DNA of 64,000 bases from a virus: positions 64,001 through 128,000 of the IMG/VR virus record IMGVR_UViG_3300045988_141072. One strand, 5' to 3'. Position 1 is the first letter of the stretch. Each line of letters starts with the position of its first letter. Shown here in pieces: positions 47,777 through 57,243 of this stretch. The translations under genes were made by a program, and so were the position numbers. The notes under the pieces were generated by a model that was not told the origin of the DNA, made no database searches, and saw only the letters and a program-made list of their open reading frames with translations.

Positions 47777-48838
47777 TTACATCAAATCAGCCAACTCACT
47801 GAGTTCTGATCTATAATTATTTTTTAACTTAACGCAGCCAAAACTTTTGTGTCCTTTAAATACCTCGATTAAACGATTCATGCCAATGTTTTGAACATTA
47901 GTATCTTTCTGTTCAATTACGTCCCCTTCATAAATCTGTTTACAACCAGACTTACAACGTTGAATAATTGTTTTGAGAGTATAAACATCTAAGTTCTGAC
48001 TTTCTGTGGAGAGTAAAATACTGTTTTCTGGACACTCCCAACCACGTATATTTGCAGTAGGAATAATTTCTAACATATCTCTATCTATCATATATTCAAC
48101 TTGCTGAATATCTCCGAATTTAGATGAAAGTATGTTGCCAATAGAAGCAGAGTAAATTAATTTTGTAATATGGTCGCCCTTTTCAAACCCAAGTGTTTTT
48201 GCACCCTTTAATGGTTCATAAGAATAAATTACATAACATTTTTTATATCTGCCTTTTTCAATTTCCTGCATAATATAATTAAGTGGAAGAGTAGTTTTAC
48301 CACTTCCTGCTTTGCCATATAACACAGTAATATCATTAGTGTTGATTGAATCCATAGCAAAAGCTTGGATATCGTCTAATGGTTTAAGTGTTCCAAACGA
48401 GTTTGATTTATAAGGTTTACACCTGATTGTTTGATAAGTTTCTCCATCCCATTTTAATTTATCAACAACGTTATTATTTAAATCTTTGAGAATGACATAT
48501 TCGTTTGTTAATAAATTTAACGTGTTCTCGTTTAAGTTTTCATAAAAATGAGCCATTTTTTCTTCATTTAAAGTTACTTCACGATAACCTTTATAAATAT
48601 CTGTATTATTCTCAGAAACACTTTTAACAGATAGGTTAAATATCTTACTTGCAATCATTTTGCACGCAATGTCATTAGTTACAAAAATTATTTCATCGTT
48701 TGAATATAATTTTTCGGCAAAAGAACAACATCCAACTATTTTTGTATCTGGTGTAATTTCCATATTATTAGCAAGTATGTGATTTTCAATAGTATTGTCA
48801 TAAATAATTACATCATATTTATCCGTATTTTCGTCCAA
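47777..48838 (-). CDS. phoH: PhoH-like ATPase with N-terminal PIN domain (PhoH2-type). True 5' end lies upstream of the annotated TTG
   Basis: Walker A GKAGSGKTT. The frame continues open upstream to about 49135 and encodes KKFFLDTNAILKL (PIN N-terminus) with no ATG/GTG/TTG. Confidence 0.75.
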   Translation of the reverse strand: MDENTDKYDVIIYDNTIENHILANNMEITPDTKIVGCCSFAEKLYSNDEIIFVTNDIACKMIASKIFNLSVKSVSENNTDIYKGYREVTLNEEKMAHFYENLNENTLNLLTNEYVILKDLNNNVVDKLKWDGETYQTIRCKPYKSNSFGTLKPLDDIQAFAMDSINTNDITVLYGKAGSGKTTLPLNYIMQEIEKGRYKKCYVIYSYEPLKGAKTLGFEKGDHITKLIYSASIGNILSSKFGDIQQVEYMIDRDMLEIIPTANIRGWECPENSILLSTESQNLDVYTLKTIIQRCKSGCKQIYEGDVIEQKDTNVQNIGMNRLIEVFKGHKSFGCVKLKNNYRSELSELADLM

Positions 48839-49041
48839 TAAATGTAAAACTTTTCTGGAATTATATTTAACTTCTTCGTCTTTTTTTGAAGATATTTTAA
48901 TAGATTCTAGTTCTTCTAATGTTACAGAACTAATAATAAAATGATTTTCAAATGCATTATCTTTTAATTTTAAGATAGCATTTGTATCTAAGAAAAATTT
49001 CTTTCCGATGGTTTTCGACCACCTTTCCTTATATATTTCGT

Positions 49042-49173
49042 CTATCTGACGATTTTGTTTTTTCTGATTTTGTTTAAAGTTCTCAGGGCTCTTGGATTTT
49101 CTGTAAGATAATACTTTGGATGACGTGTTTTTGACTTATGAAGCATTTCGCTGTCACCAAATTTAAATCCCAT
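49042..49173 (-). CDS. 43-codon upstream ORF overlapping the PIN-PhoH open frame (0 frame of a possible -1 frameshift)
   Basis: MGFKFGDSEMLHKSKTRHPKYYLTENPRALRTLNKIRKNKIVR. Contains A_AAA_AAC in phase at 49063-49057. Weak RBS. Confidence 0.3.
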   Translation of the reverse strand: MGFKFGDSEMLHKSKTRHPKYYLTENPRALRTLNKIRKNKIVR

Positions 49174-49264
49174 AGAATTTAATTCTAAGGCTTCGTTTTT
49201 ACTAATCTGAATTATGTTAATTCACATCCTTTATAATATATTTTCCACAAGTAGTGGAAGAGAA

Positions 49265-49336
49265 CTGGCATAGCAGGATTTGAACCTGCAACTTTCGCAT
49301 TAACAATGTGCTGAACTACCATTGTTCTATATGCCA
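49265..49336 (-). tRNA. tRNA-Asn (GTT), anticodon stem imperfect
   Basis: Acceptor TGGCATA/TATGCCA, D-stem GAAC/GTTC, loop TTGTTAA, T-arm GCAGG-TTCAAAT-CCTGC. Two mismatches in the anticodon stem. Confidence 0.65.
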
Positions 49337-50167
49337 AAAATGAAAAATCCCGTGTAAAACACGAGACTTTTATTTAATATGAGCTGAGATATTGACTCAT
49401 TACACTAACGCCTACCATCGTTGGAAATGGTTTATCACACTGTCGATTAGACAGTAGTTAGCAACAACACCAATTTTGTGAAAATTGGCAAACTCTTACC
49501 ACAAAGTATTATAGATTTTCTTTCTGCACATTCTTCCTTGCGAGATTCATAGGTTGCAGCCTATTAGAGTTGCACGTACTTGTACTTTCTCATATAACAC
49601 CTTGCGAGTGTTACATGTCACCATATTGCAGGTGAATAAGTTGTTTTTCTCTCTGTGGTCGTACACACTTTTGCTGTTTTGTAATTTTCTTTTAAATATT
49701 ATTTACCCAAAATAATTTGATTTCTTTCAAAAGTATGTACTTATTATGGACGATGAGGTGTACATTTGACCATCCGTACCTTTTGAGTACAGCCCAATCA
49801 TCACCATCCTGCTCGGATTGCGATCTCCTTACTTTTTGATTCCATCCCTGTTTTTCAACTTAAGAGATATTACCAAAATCCTACTAGCAGTTACACTTGC
49901 GGCATTCCCACCAATAGTACACAAATCATACCCACATTTCTGCGTTACTACAGTGCCTATTTCAAGACACCCACCAATCAACCATATTCGCCAACAGTTG
50001 TCCTTGAATAGAAGGTTGGGCGTAGATTTTATGTGTTTTCCGTTAAACTGTATTTCTACAGTCGCAGCTTTGTAATACGACAAAACCACTTTATACATGT
50101 CGCCATGCTTATTTTGAGATTTAACATCTCCTGATCCGAAACCAACCAGTCCTACAAAAGTAGGAGA

Positions 50168-50245
50168 GTTGCTGAAGCACAGGAGTCGAACCTGCTATTA
50201 CATGGTTATGAGCCATGTGTGATAATCCGTTTCACTCGCCAGCAA
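50168..50245 (-). tRNA. irregular tRNA-like element with CAT anticodon (Met/Ile2-like), possibly degenerate
   Basis: Good anticodon arm CATGG-CTCATAA-CCATG and T-arm GCAGG-TTCGACT-CCTGT. But 3 extra nt lie between T-stem and acceptor, C at position 8, and the D-stem has 3 bp. Confidence 0.35.
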
Positions 50246-50603
50246 TAATATTTAGAGAATAGTCGGCAACCATACTACCAGAACAGTAGTACAGTCACCA
50301 ACAAGAAAAGAGTACACAATATGAATAATTGCGTGAATTAATGTCACTTAAAACAAAGTATGTAATTAATACCCTATAGGCAAAGTTTTATCTATAAATT
50401 TTAGTCTGTAATGCTACTTGAAAAGTAGCAAAACAGACATACAAAGATTGTCGGTTTGTTTCTTCCAAGACAATCGTTTTTGTATTTGAAATTGTATATA
50501 TGTTACTATATACCATTCAAAGAAAAACGAATTTTTTGTAAAAAATGCACAAAAAAGCCTTGTTTTTAAGGGGAAAATGGAGTTTTCTATTTATCGACAA
50601 AAA

Positions 50604-51365
50604 TCAATTTCTCGTCTTATTTTTATATTTTCTATCAGATTCTAATTGTTTTTCTTCCGCACATTTTTTACAATACATTTTTTTATTTCCTGTATCTTTT
50701 ATCTTTTTTCCACAGCATTTGCATTGCTTATAACCCTTTTTAAAATTACCTATATATTGATTTCCAATATTTTCAAATTTAATGATTTTATAAGCGATGT
50801 CATCATTAGTGTCGCTTAAATCAACTCTTATATTAAGATTATTTACCTTTTTACCAAAATGAATATACCCATTGCTATATAATTCATATAGTAATTTATT
50901 CTTTTTCTCAGATGAGAGAGTAACGTTAGCAAGTTTAAATACTTCAGAAAGACCTTTTAAGTCTTTTTTATTTATCCAGCCTTCACAATTCATATATCTT
51001 GCTATAGCAAATAATGTAAACATAAATTTCTTTTGGCGATCATTTGGAAGAGATTCCACGACTTTTAATTCTTTTTCATAGATAGGAACGTATTCAAGTT
51101 CCCTAAAGAGATTCTTTGATTCTGATTCATATAGCTCAGTGCATGATTTTTTGATTTTATTGGCATATCTATATTCTTGATAACCTTCAATATTAAATTC
51201 AAGCATCTTTTGCTTGACTATATCAATTAGCGCGTTTGGATTTTTCCCTCTGTCAAAATAATATTTGGTAATCAGTGTTATTAGATATCCATTCGAGATA
51301 TTGTCTGGTTTGTTGCCAGACGCTAATACCTCTCTAATATATTTTTTTTCATTCAGTATATACAA
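50604..51365 (-). CDS. hypothetical protein with C-terminal zinc ribbon
   Basis: 253 aa. CKCCGKK...CKKCAEE at the C-terminus. Overlaps the end of the polymerase gene by 17 nt. Confidence 0.55.
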   Translation of the reverse strand: MYILNEKKYIREVLASGNKPDNISNGYLITLITKYYFDRGKNPNALIDIVKQKMLEFNIEGYQEYRYANKIKKSCTELYESESKNLFRELEYVPIYEKELKVVESLPNDRQKKFMFTLFAIARYMNCEGWINKKDLKGLSEVFKLANVTLSSEKKNKLLYELYSNGYIHFGKKVNNLNIRVDLSDTNDDIAYKIIKFENIGNQYIGNFKKGYKQCKCCGKKIKDTGNKKMYCKKCAEEKQLESDRKYKNKTRN

Positions 51366-53865
51366 AATTTTCCTCCATTTCTTCTAAACGTTTAATAATT
51401 AGTTCTCCTATGCAGTCCCAACAAAACTGCCGATTACCCCTATATCCATAAGTAATATCAAGAATAATGTTCATACGCTCATCATCGTTTGGACAAATTA
51501 TTTTTGCCTTTTCTTTGATAAAATTACACAAATATTTCCGATTTTCGTTTGCAGTCATCTTATCATTCAAATGCTGTTTCTTTTTGTAAGATGCAACACA
51601 TTCACAATAATATTGTTCGAGTTCTCGAAGTGCTTGTCTATGTTCTTCAGTGCAACGTCTTTTTACCTTTAACACGTTATAGTCAAAAGAAGAGTCTTTA
51701 TGTAATTGAGACTTGTAACCATCTAATTGACTTTCAACATATTTACAAATTTGATTCATAGAACAGTTCCCTGTACCAACTGGCATTTTTCTCTCGTACC
51801 AGAAAAGAAAATCTTTTTGATCTTCTGTAAGATGGTCATTATTATACAAATCTTTAATAGAGCATTTATAGATAGCATAACACTTGGCATTACTCTCTTT
51901 GATATATTGCTTATATTGTCTTTTAGTCTCATCGTAAACATAAATCATAAAATATGGTTTTCTGTATGCACAAAGGGACTGCAAATATTTATTCTCTCCG
52001 CAAGCACCTAAATTATACCAACTGCTTTCCATAGGCTTTGCAATGATTCCCTTGATTTTATCCAATTCATTCTGTTGATAGAGCTGACCACATTCAATTC
52101 TGTATTCCAATTCTTTATATTCAGGCGAATTTTTCTTGAAATGAGATTGAACTTCCATCATAGATGTGACATAGTTTGTAATTGTTCCAACTTGATTTCC
52201 CATACCTGCTTTATTTGTCTTTTTAACAGCAGCTTCGGTAACAACAATTTTTTCTGCATTTCTTTGAACACATTCAATAGCGGGTAAATATCTATACCTT
52301 CTTTTCATAATTGGATTATTAGTAGAAAAATTCAGATCCGAGTCCCAATCTTCCCCATTCTCAGCCATACAGAACGAATCCCAACCATTTATAATCATTA
52401 TAGTGTTCATGTATTGATACCAATATTGGCATTCTTCTGAGTTATTAACACTACACATGCGAATATTATTGTGACTTGTCATTGGACTTCTAAAAAGAAC
52501 AATTTCTTCCTCATTTTTATCAATCCAGAATTTAGAATAACACTCATTTGCTTTTAATAAACCAGTAACTTTCAATCCACAAATAGATTGCATAAGAGCA
52601 AATGGATCACCACTTGCGATCTGATAATTACCGTTTACAAATAATTTGCCGATTTTTGCATCATTCATTTTCTTTTTGATGTATCTATGTACTGAATCTA
52701 TTACATATGGATCTCCTAACATATATTCACTTGTATATAAAGCATGTTGCCATGAATTTACATCTGTGTTTTCATTGATTCCAAGAAACTTAATAGTAGA
52801 AGAGTAGTCACCACACATCGCATCTTTTAGATATTTGATCGTTGGCGCACACAACTCCTCAATATCTTCATCTGTAAATTCATACGACTGAAGATACTGG
52901 TAATTCAATTCTCTCTGTTCCTCAAGAACATGTGGTGAAATTTTTGTTACGGAAAATCCGTATCCACATTCCTTATATGCATTCACATATTGCTCAATGT
53001 TATCATACGCCCCCCATAATTTGAGAGAAGATTCTGTAATAATCATCTCACATTGACGAATATCTTGAATATTACCCCAAATATCTTCAATCATATAATT
53101 TCCATTATTATATTTTTCAATAAATTCATAAATAGGAAACGGATAGAGCATTCCTTTGAGCCATGCATTTCTTAAACATACACCACCGGGAATATAATCA
53201 AGACCTAACGATTCAGTTACCCGCTGCATATATTGAATAGTACAAAGATTAAAACCGTCTGATACATTATTTTCAAGAGGTTTATTTTTAATAAATTCTC
53301 TTGTTGGTTCTTTTGAACCATCGCTATCGTCAAGTGATATAACATCTGCAAAATATTGTGTAATACAATCTTTTACAACTAAAATCCCATGCGGATCACA
53401 AATTGGTTGTGAAGCTGAACATGTTAATGCTTTGTATGCTTCATATTTTGCTGGCACTAATTTTACTTTTGGGTTTCTTTTACATTCACATAGTTCATTT
53501 AACTTGTCTATATATTGTGAATTACAAAAGAGAAGAGTATTATTTTTCAATCCTCCTGTTGTTCCAACAAAACGTCTATAGTTTATTCCATTAACAGTTA
53601 TACCTTTTTTACCAGTTGCTCTTGCAAAATCTGTTTTTCTATCTATTACGATTTGAATAAAAATTTTTGAAAAATCTATTTCATTTATATTCTTATGTAA
53701 TATTTTATTTGCCATAATCAAGAAATGTCTTCCTTGAAACAATGAAATTAATTCTTGATATTTAAAGGCTTCCTTTTCTGTAATCTGTAAATCCCAATTA
53801 GAATATTTTAATTTATTTGTTCCAATTTTAAAAATTTCGTATTGAGGTACGCTAATACCAGCCAT
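51349..53865 (-). CDS. YonO-like single-subunit two-barrel RNA polymerase (eukaryotic RdRP-related fold)
   Basis: 838 aa. IVLFRSPMTSHNNIRM (cf RdRP RNP.lHPGD) and MAENGEDWDSDLNF (DxDxD metal loop, cf DbDGD). Confidence 0.6.
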   Translation of the reverse strand: MAGISVPQYEIFKIGTNKLKYSNWDLQITEKEAFKYQELISLFQGRHFLIMANKILHKNINEIDFSKIFIQIVIDRKTDFARATGKKGITVNGINYRRFVGTTGGLKNNTLLFCNSQYIDKLNELCECKRNPKVKLVPAKYEAYKALTCSASQPICDPHGILVVKDCITQYFADVISLDDSDGSKEPTREFIKNKPLENNVSDGFNLCTIQYMQRVTESLGLDYIPGGVCLRNAWLKGMLYPFPIYEFIEKYNNGNYMIEDIWGNIQDIRQCEMIITESSLKLWGAYDNIEQYVNAYKECGYGFSVTKISPHVLEEQRELNYQYLQSYEFTDEDIEELCAPTIKYLKDAMCGDYSSTIKFLGINENTDVNSWQHALYTSEYMLGDPYVIDSVHRYIKKKMNDAKIGKLFVNGNYQIASGDPFALMQSICGLKVTGLLKANECYSKFWIDKNEEEIVLFRSPMTSHNNIRMCSVNNSEECQYWYQYMNTIMIINGWDSFCMAENGEDWDSDLNFSTNNPIMKRRYRYLPAIECVQRNAEKIVVTEAAVKKTNKAGMGNQVGTITNYVTSMMEVQSHFKKNSPEYKELEYRIECGQLYQQNELDKIKGIIAKPMESSWYNLGACGENKYLQSLCAYRKPYFMIYVYDETKRQYKQYIKESNAKCYAIYKCSIKDLYNNDHLTEDQKDFLFWYERKMPVGTGNCSMNQICKYVESQLDGYKSQLHKDSSFDYNVLKVKRRCTEEHRQALRELEQYYCECVASYKKKQHLNDKMTANENRKYLCNFIKEKAKIICPNDDERMNIILDITYGYRGNRQFCWDCIGELIIKRLEEMEENFVYTE

Positions 53866-53889
53866 ATATCCTCCTTTTATGTTATGCTT

Positions 53890-54210
53890 TTATAAGTATT
53901 TTTTTATTTTATTTAACATGAATTCAACATTATCACCGTTAAATTCAATTTGAATATCATCGTGACTGTACCAAATTTTATATTGACAACTAAATTCCAT
54001 ACAAATTTCATTGATCTTTTTAATAACAGATGTTTTACTGGATTCTGTAAATTTCTTTGGAATAGTGGCATAACAATCATATTCATCGACAACTTCTTCA
54101 GTATTTCCACAAGTAATCTTACTATGTCTAATTCTTGAAGTAGTGATATATTTTAAAGTTTCTTTATAACGTTTCTTAATAGTTCCATCTTTCTTTTGAA
54201 AACAATACAT
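53890..54210 (-). CDS. hypothetical protein
   Basis: 106-aa ORF, early-gene block. Confidence 0.5.
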   Translation of the reverse strand: MYCFQKKDGTIKKRYKETLKYITTSRIRHSKITCGNTEEVVDEYDCYATIPKKFTESSKTSVIKKINEICMEFSCQYKIWYSHDDIQIEFNGDNVEFMLNKIKKYL

Positions 54211-54246
54211 GATTAATTCCTTTCTACATTTTTCAAAAACGACACA

Positions 54247-54468
54247 TTATTCATCCATAGTTTTAACTTCATAACCCAACCATTCAAGTTCATCTTTGGT
54301 GGTAGACATACATTGATAATGGGCTGTCATTCCAAGCCAATTAACAACATAATCATCGCCAACGCAGATATAATCATTACAAAAATGGCAGCGGTTACTA
54401 GTTTTATGTGGTCGTTCATAGTTGGGACAACCCGGTACGCACGGTATTTGATGACATATTTCACACAT
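54247..54468 (-). CDS. cysteine-rich small protein
   Basis: MCEICHQIPCVPGCPNY...CHFCNDYIC. Confidence 0.5.
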   Translation of the reverse strand: MCEICHQIPCVPGCPNYERPHKTSNRCHFCNDYICVGDDYVVNWLGMTAHYQCMSTTKDELEWLGYEVKTMDE

Positions 54469-54469
54469 A

Positions 54470-55033
54470 TTACTTTTCTAACCACACTTTCCAATAACCG
54501 TCACAATATTTTGTCTTTAAATTGTTATAATGAAATTTAAGAAGTTCTTCGATTTGATATATGTAATAACAATAGTCAACTTGTCCACTTCGAATATTTG
54601 ATAATATATCATTAATAAATGAACAATAAGATTGCCAATTAGTACAACCATAATATGCACCTTGCGTTTCTTCATTCCATATTCCAGATTCCTTAGAATA
54701 TTTCCCTGTTAATTTTTTAATATTGGTAGGATGAGGCTTAATAAATAATTTCCTTACATTAAATTCTTTTTGCCATTTGTCATCAGTAAGATTGGAAGAG
54801 GGTCTTCCGTTAGTATTTGAAATAATTCTCATTTCTTTTAATTCTTCAAGTGTCATTTGTTTATATTTTTCCTCCATTTCTTTTTCTTTTTTCTTTTTCA
54901 ATAAAACATTCTGAAGTAATTCAGCTTCTATCTGATTATTTATTCTCTTTTTGTTTGGTGTATTTGTTGAGAAATCGTTTATATCAATAATTCCTCCAAA
55001 ATTGTTATGTCTATTATTTTCAAGTCTTTTCAA
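54470..55033 (-). CDS. hypothetical protein
   Basis: 187-aa ORF abutting 54247..54468. Confidence 0.5.
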   Translation of the reverse strand: MKRLENNRHNNFGGIIDINDFSTNTPNKKRINNQIEAELLQNVLLKKKKEKEMEEKYKQMTLEELKEMRIISNTNGRPSSNLTDDKWQKEFNVRKLFIKPHPTNIKKLTGKYSKESGIWNEETQGAYYGCTNWQSYCSFINDILSNIRSGQVDYCYYIYQIEELLKFHYNNLKTKYCDGYWKVWLEK

Positions 55034-55178
55034 GTTTTTTAATTTCCTTTCTATATTTAATTTTTATTTTTTGTAAATTTTTTTCGAAGTGAAGATGATG
55101 AGATTGTAGAAGTAGTAGATGATTACATATTATTATTCTCTGCTTGGTTGAGAATTTTGTTTAATCCATTGAATCGGA

Positions 55179-55982
55179 TTATTTATTTCCTCCTTTAATT
55201 TCTCCAAACGAATCTACGTTATAGATTTCCAACATCTTTGCAATAGCCCATTCAATTTCCTGTTCATATCCTTTTTTATTAAGTACATATATATTAGGTA
55301 CATTTTGTGGAGGTTTCTTTGAATCAGGTTGAACACTACCAACTTCTTTTTTGATTAGAAGTGGTTTTTTGTCACCAATTGAAGAAGTTAGACACTGAAT
55401 ACATTGATTAATTGTATCTTTTGACATAGAAAGCTCTTTCGACATAGAATCTATACTTTTAAAAAATGCTTCTGGTTTAGATTCAGGGTTTGTCATAGTT
55501 TCATTACCATTTTTATCTCTTTGTCGCACATAAATATATGAATTGATATATAGGAATGCCATTAAGATATTCTCTTTATTAATACTAGATTCATTCATCA
55601 TAATAAAATCAAGTTGAGACGATGTGATTTTTGAAAACTTATCAACGGTATCAAAATTTTCAGGAATAATTTTAATTTCAATTCCAGTATCATATCCTAT
55701 AGAATCAAGGTCTTGTTTTATTTCAATCATCTTATTATTAACCATATATTCTAATACATCGAGAATTTCGTGAAATGCTTTTGGTTTATGTTTGGTTGTT
55801 TTATAGCCATAGAATTCCATTACTTTACGAATAGTAATCCAGCTATAGTCTTCATATGATCTGTATTTATCTATAAGTATGTATGTAATATAAAATTTCC
55901 TACTAACCCCATATTTTGTTTTGATGTTCCCTTGGATATAGCCATTTGGGAAACGTGTAAAATATTCTATTTTTTGTTGCAA
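55179..55982 (-). CDS. hypothetical protein (possible DNA-binding/replication initiator)
   Basis: 267-aa ORF after AAGGAGGA RBS. Two 14-bp palindromic repeats lie upstream. Confidence 0.45.
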   Translation of the reverse strand: MQQKIEYFTRFPNGYIQGNIKTKYGVSRKFYITYILIDKYRSYEDYSWITIRKVMEFYGYKTTKHKPKAFHEILDVLEYMVNNKMIEIKQDLDSIGYDTGIEIKIIPENFDTVDKFSKITSSQLDFIMMNESSINKENILMAFLYINSYIYVRQRDKNGNETMTNPESKPEAFFKSIDSMSKELSMSKDTINQCIQCLTSSIGDKKPLLIKKEVGSVQPDSKKPPQNVPNIYVLNKKGYEQEIEWAIAKMLEIYNVDSFGEIKGGNK

Positions 55983-56295
55983 TTAAAAATCCTCCTTTAT
56001 AGACATTTATTTATTCTCTGTTGTGGATTAAATAATAGAAGTGTCTTGACGAGCGTTCAGCAAATTACACTTTTATGTATGTTTAATTTTGAAATATGAG
56101 AATTTTGACTACACTTTTATGTAGGTCAACTGAACTGAAAGAATATATACAACTTATTTAATAAGACAGACTATTCGTAATTTATTCACTACGTTCATAA
56201 ATTACTCTTTTTAAATTTTGTTTAATTGTTATTGGTTGATTCAATAAGTTGTTTTATTTTTCATTTATATTATTCTCCATCCATTTCATCAATAG

Positions 56296-57111
56296 TTATA
56301 TATTTGCTGCTAATACATCAAATATATTTTCTCTTTTTTGATTTGGTTCTACCTGAAGATTAAATCTATTCATTAATGATAGAAGAGTACAATCAAACAT
56401 ATCTTTTATATCTTTATAATAATTAATAACATCTATTGCATAAGGATTTGTTTCCAATCCAAATTCCTGTTTATACATTTGTACATAATCATTAACTTCA
56501 ATGTCATATGTATCTTCTGTTTCTTGTATTACTAAATGAATAATATCTGATAATTTTAATTCTTCATTAGAGTTACTATTTACGAAATCCATTAAAACTC
56601 TTAGTTTTTCAAATATTTTTGTTTTCCAACGTGAATATTTCTTCTCAGGAATTGCTTTCTTTGTAGATTCTTCTTTTAATATGTTTATATCTTGTTGCAT
56701 TTGCAACAAAGTAGAAGTGAGAGTAGTCAAGTTATCTACTAATGGTTGCATATTTGGAGTTGTATTAAAGTTATTGTGTCTATAATTTTCCACAATATCC
56801 CATACCCAATCCATGAAGAGGTTAGCGTTTCTTTGTCGAGACCAACGGCATATTTCCATTATTCCTCGCTCTGTATAAAGCATTGTGTTATAACATTTTC
56901 CGTCAGTAGCCCTCAGTTTGGTGGTAACTGATAATTCATTTAGCCTATCTCTATGTTTAGAGTGAATATTATCAATTGCTTTCTGTGGATTAGCATATTC
57001 CAATGCTTGCCCAATTTGTTCTCTTGTAAGAAGTATGTCATCATTTGTATTTCTGTAGAAGTTACATGGTAAATTATTGAATGTTTCCGTTGTGATTAAT
57101 TTTAAACTCAT
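56296..57111 (-). CDS. Bro-N domain protein (antirepressor-like)
   Basis: FNNLPCNFYRNTNDDILLTREQIGQALEYANPQKAIDNIHSKH...ERGIMEICRWSRQRNANLFMDWVWDIV fits the Bro-N pattern. Confidence 0.65.
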   Translation of the reverse strand: MSLKLITTETFNNLPCNFYRNTNDDILLTREQIGQALEYANPQKAIDNIHSKHRDRLNELSVTTKLRATDGKCYNTMLYTERGIMEICRWSRQRNANLFMDWVWDIVENYRHNNFNTTPNMQPLVDNLTTLTSTLLQMQQDINILKEESTKKAIPEKKYSRWKTKIFEKLRVLMDFVNSNSNEELKLSDIIHLVIQETEDTYDIEVNDYVQMYKQEFGLETNPYAIDVINYYKDIKDMFDCTLLSLMNRFNLQVEPNQKRENIFDVLAANI

Positions 57112-57243
57112 AAGATTTTCTCCTTTTGTTTTACATAGTTTTATTCTTATATTTATATATTTTGTTAATATTTTTTGACAAAGAAAAAGACAGACTGAAT
57201 TATCAACCTGTCTTTCTATCTTACTTAAACTTATTTGTTTTTA

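Noticed and set aside
49829-50098. 89-aa minus-strand ORF in the tRNA-flanked region
   Set aside because: It has no Shine-Dalgarno, although every confident gene here has one. It sits inside a hairpin-dense region bounded by a tRNA-like element and a terminator. Left open as a test in the corresponding finding
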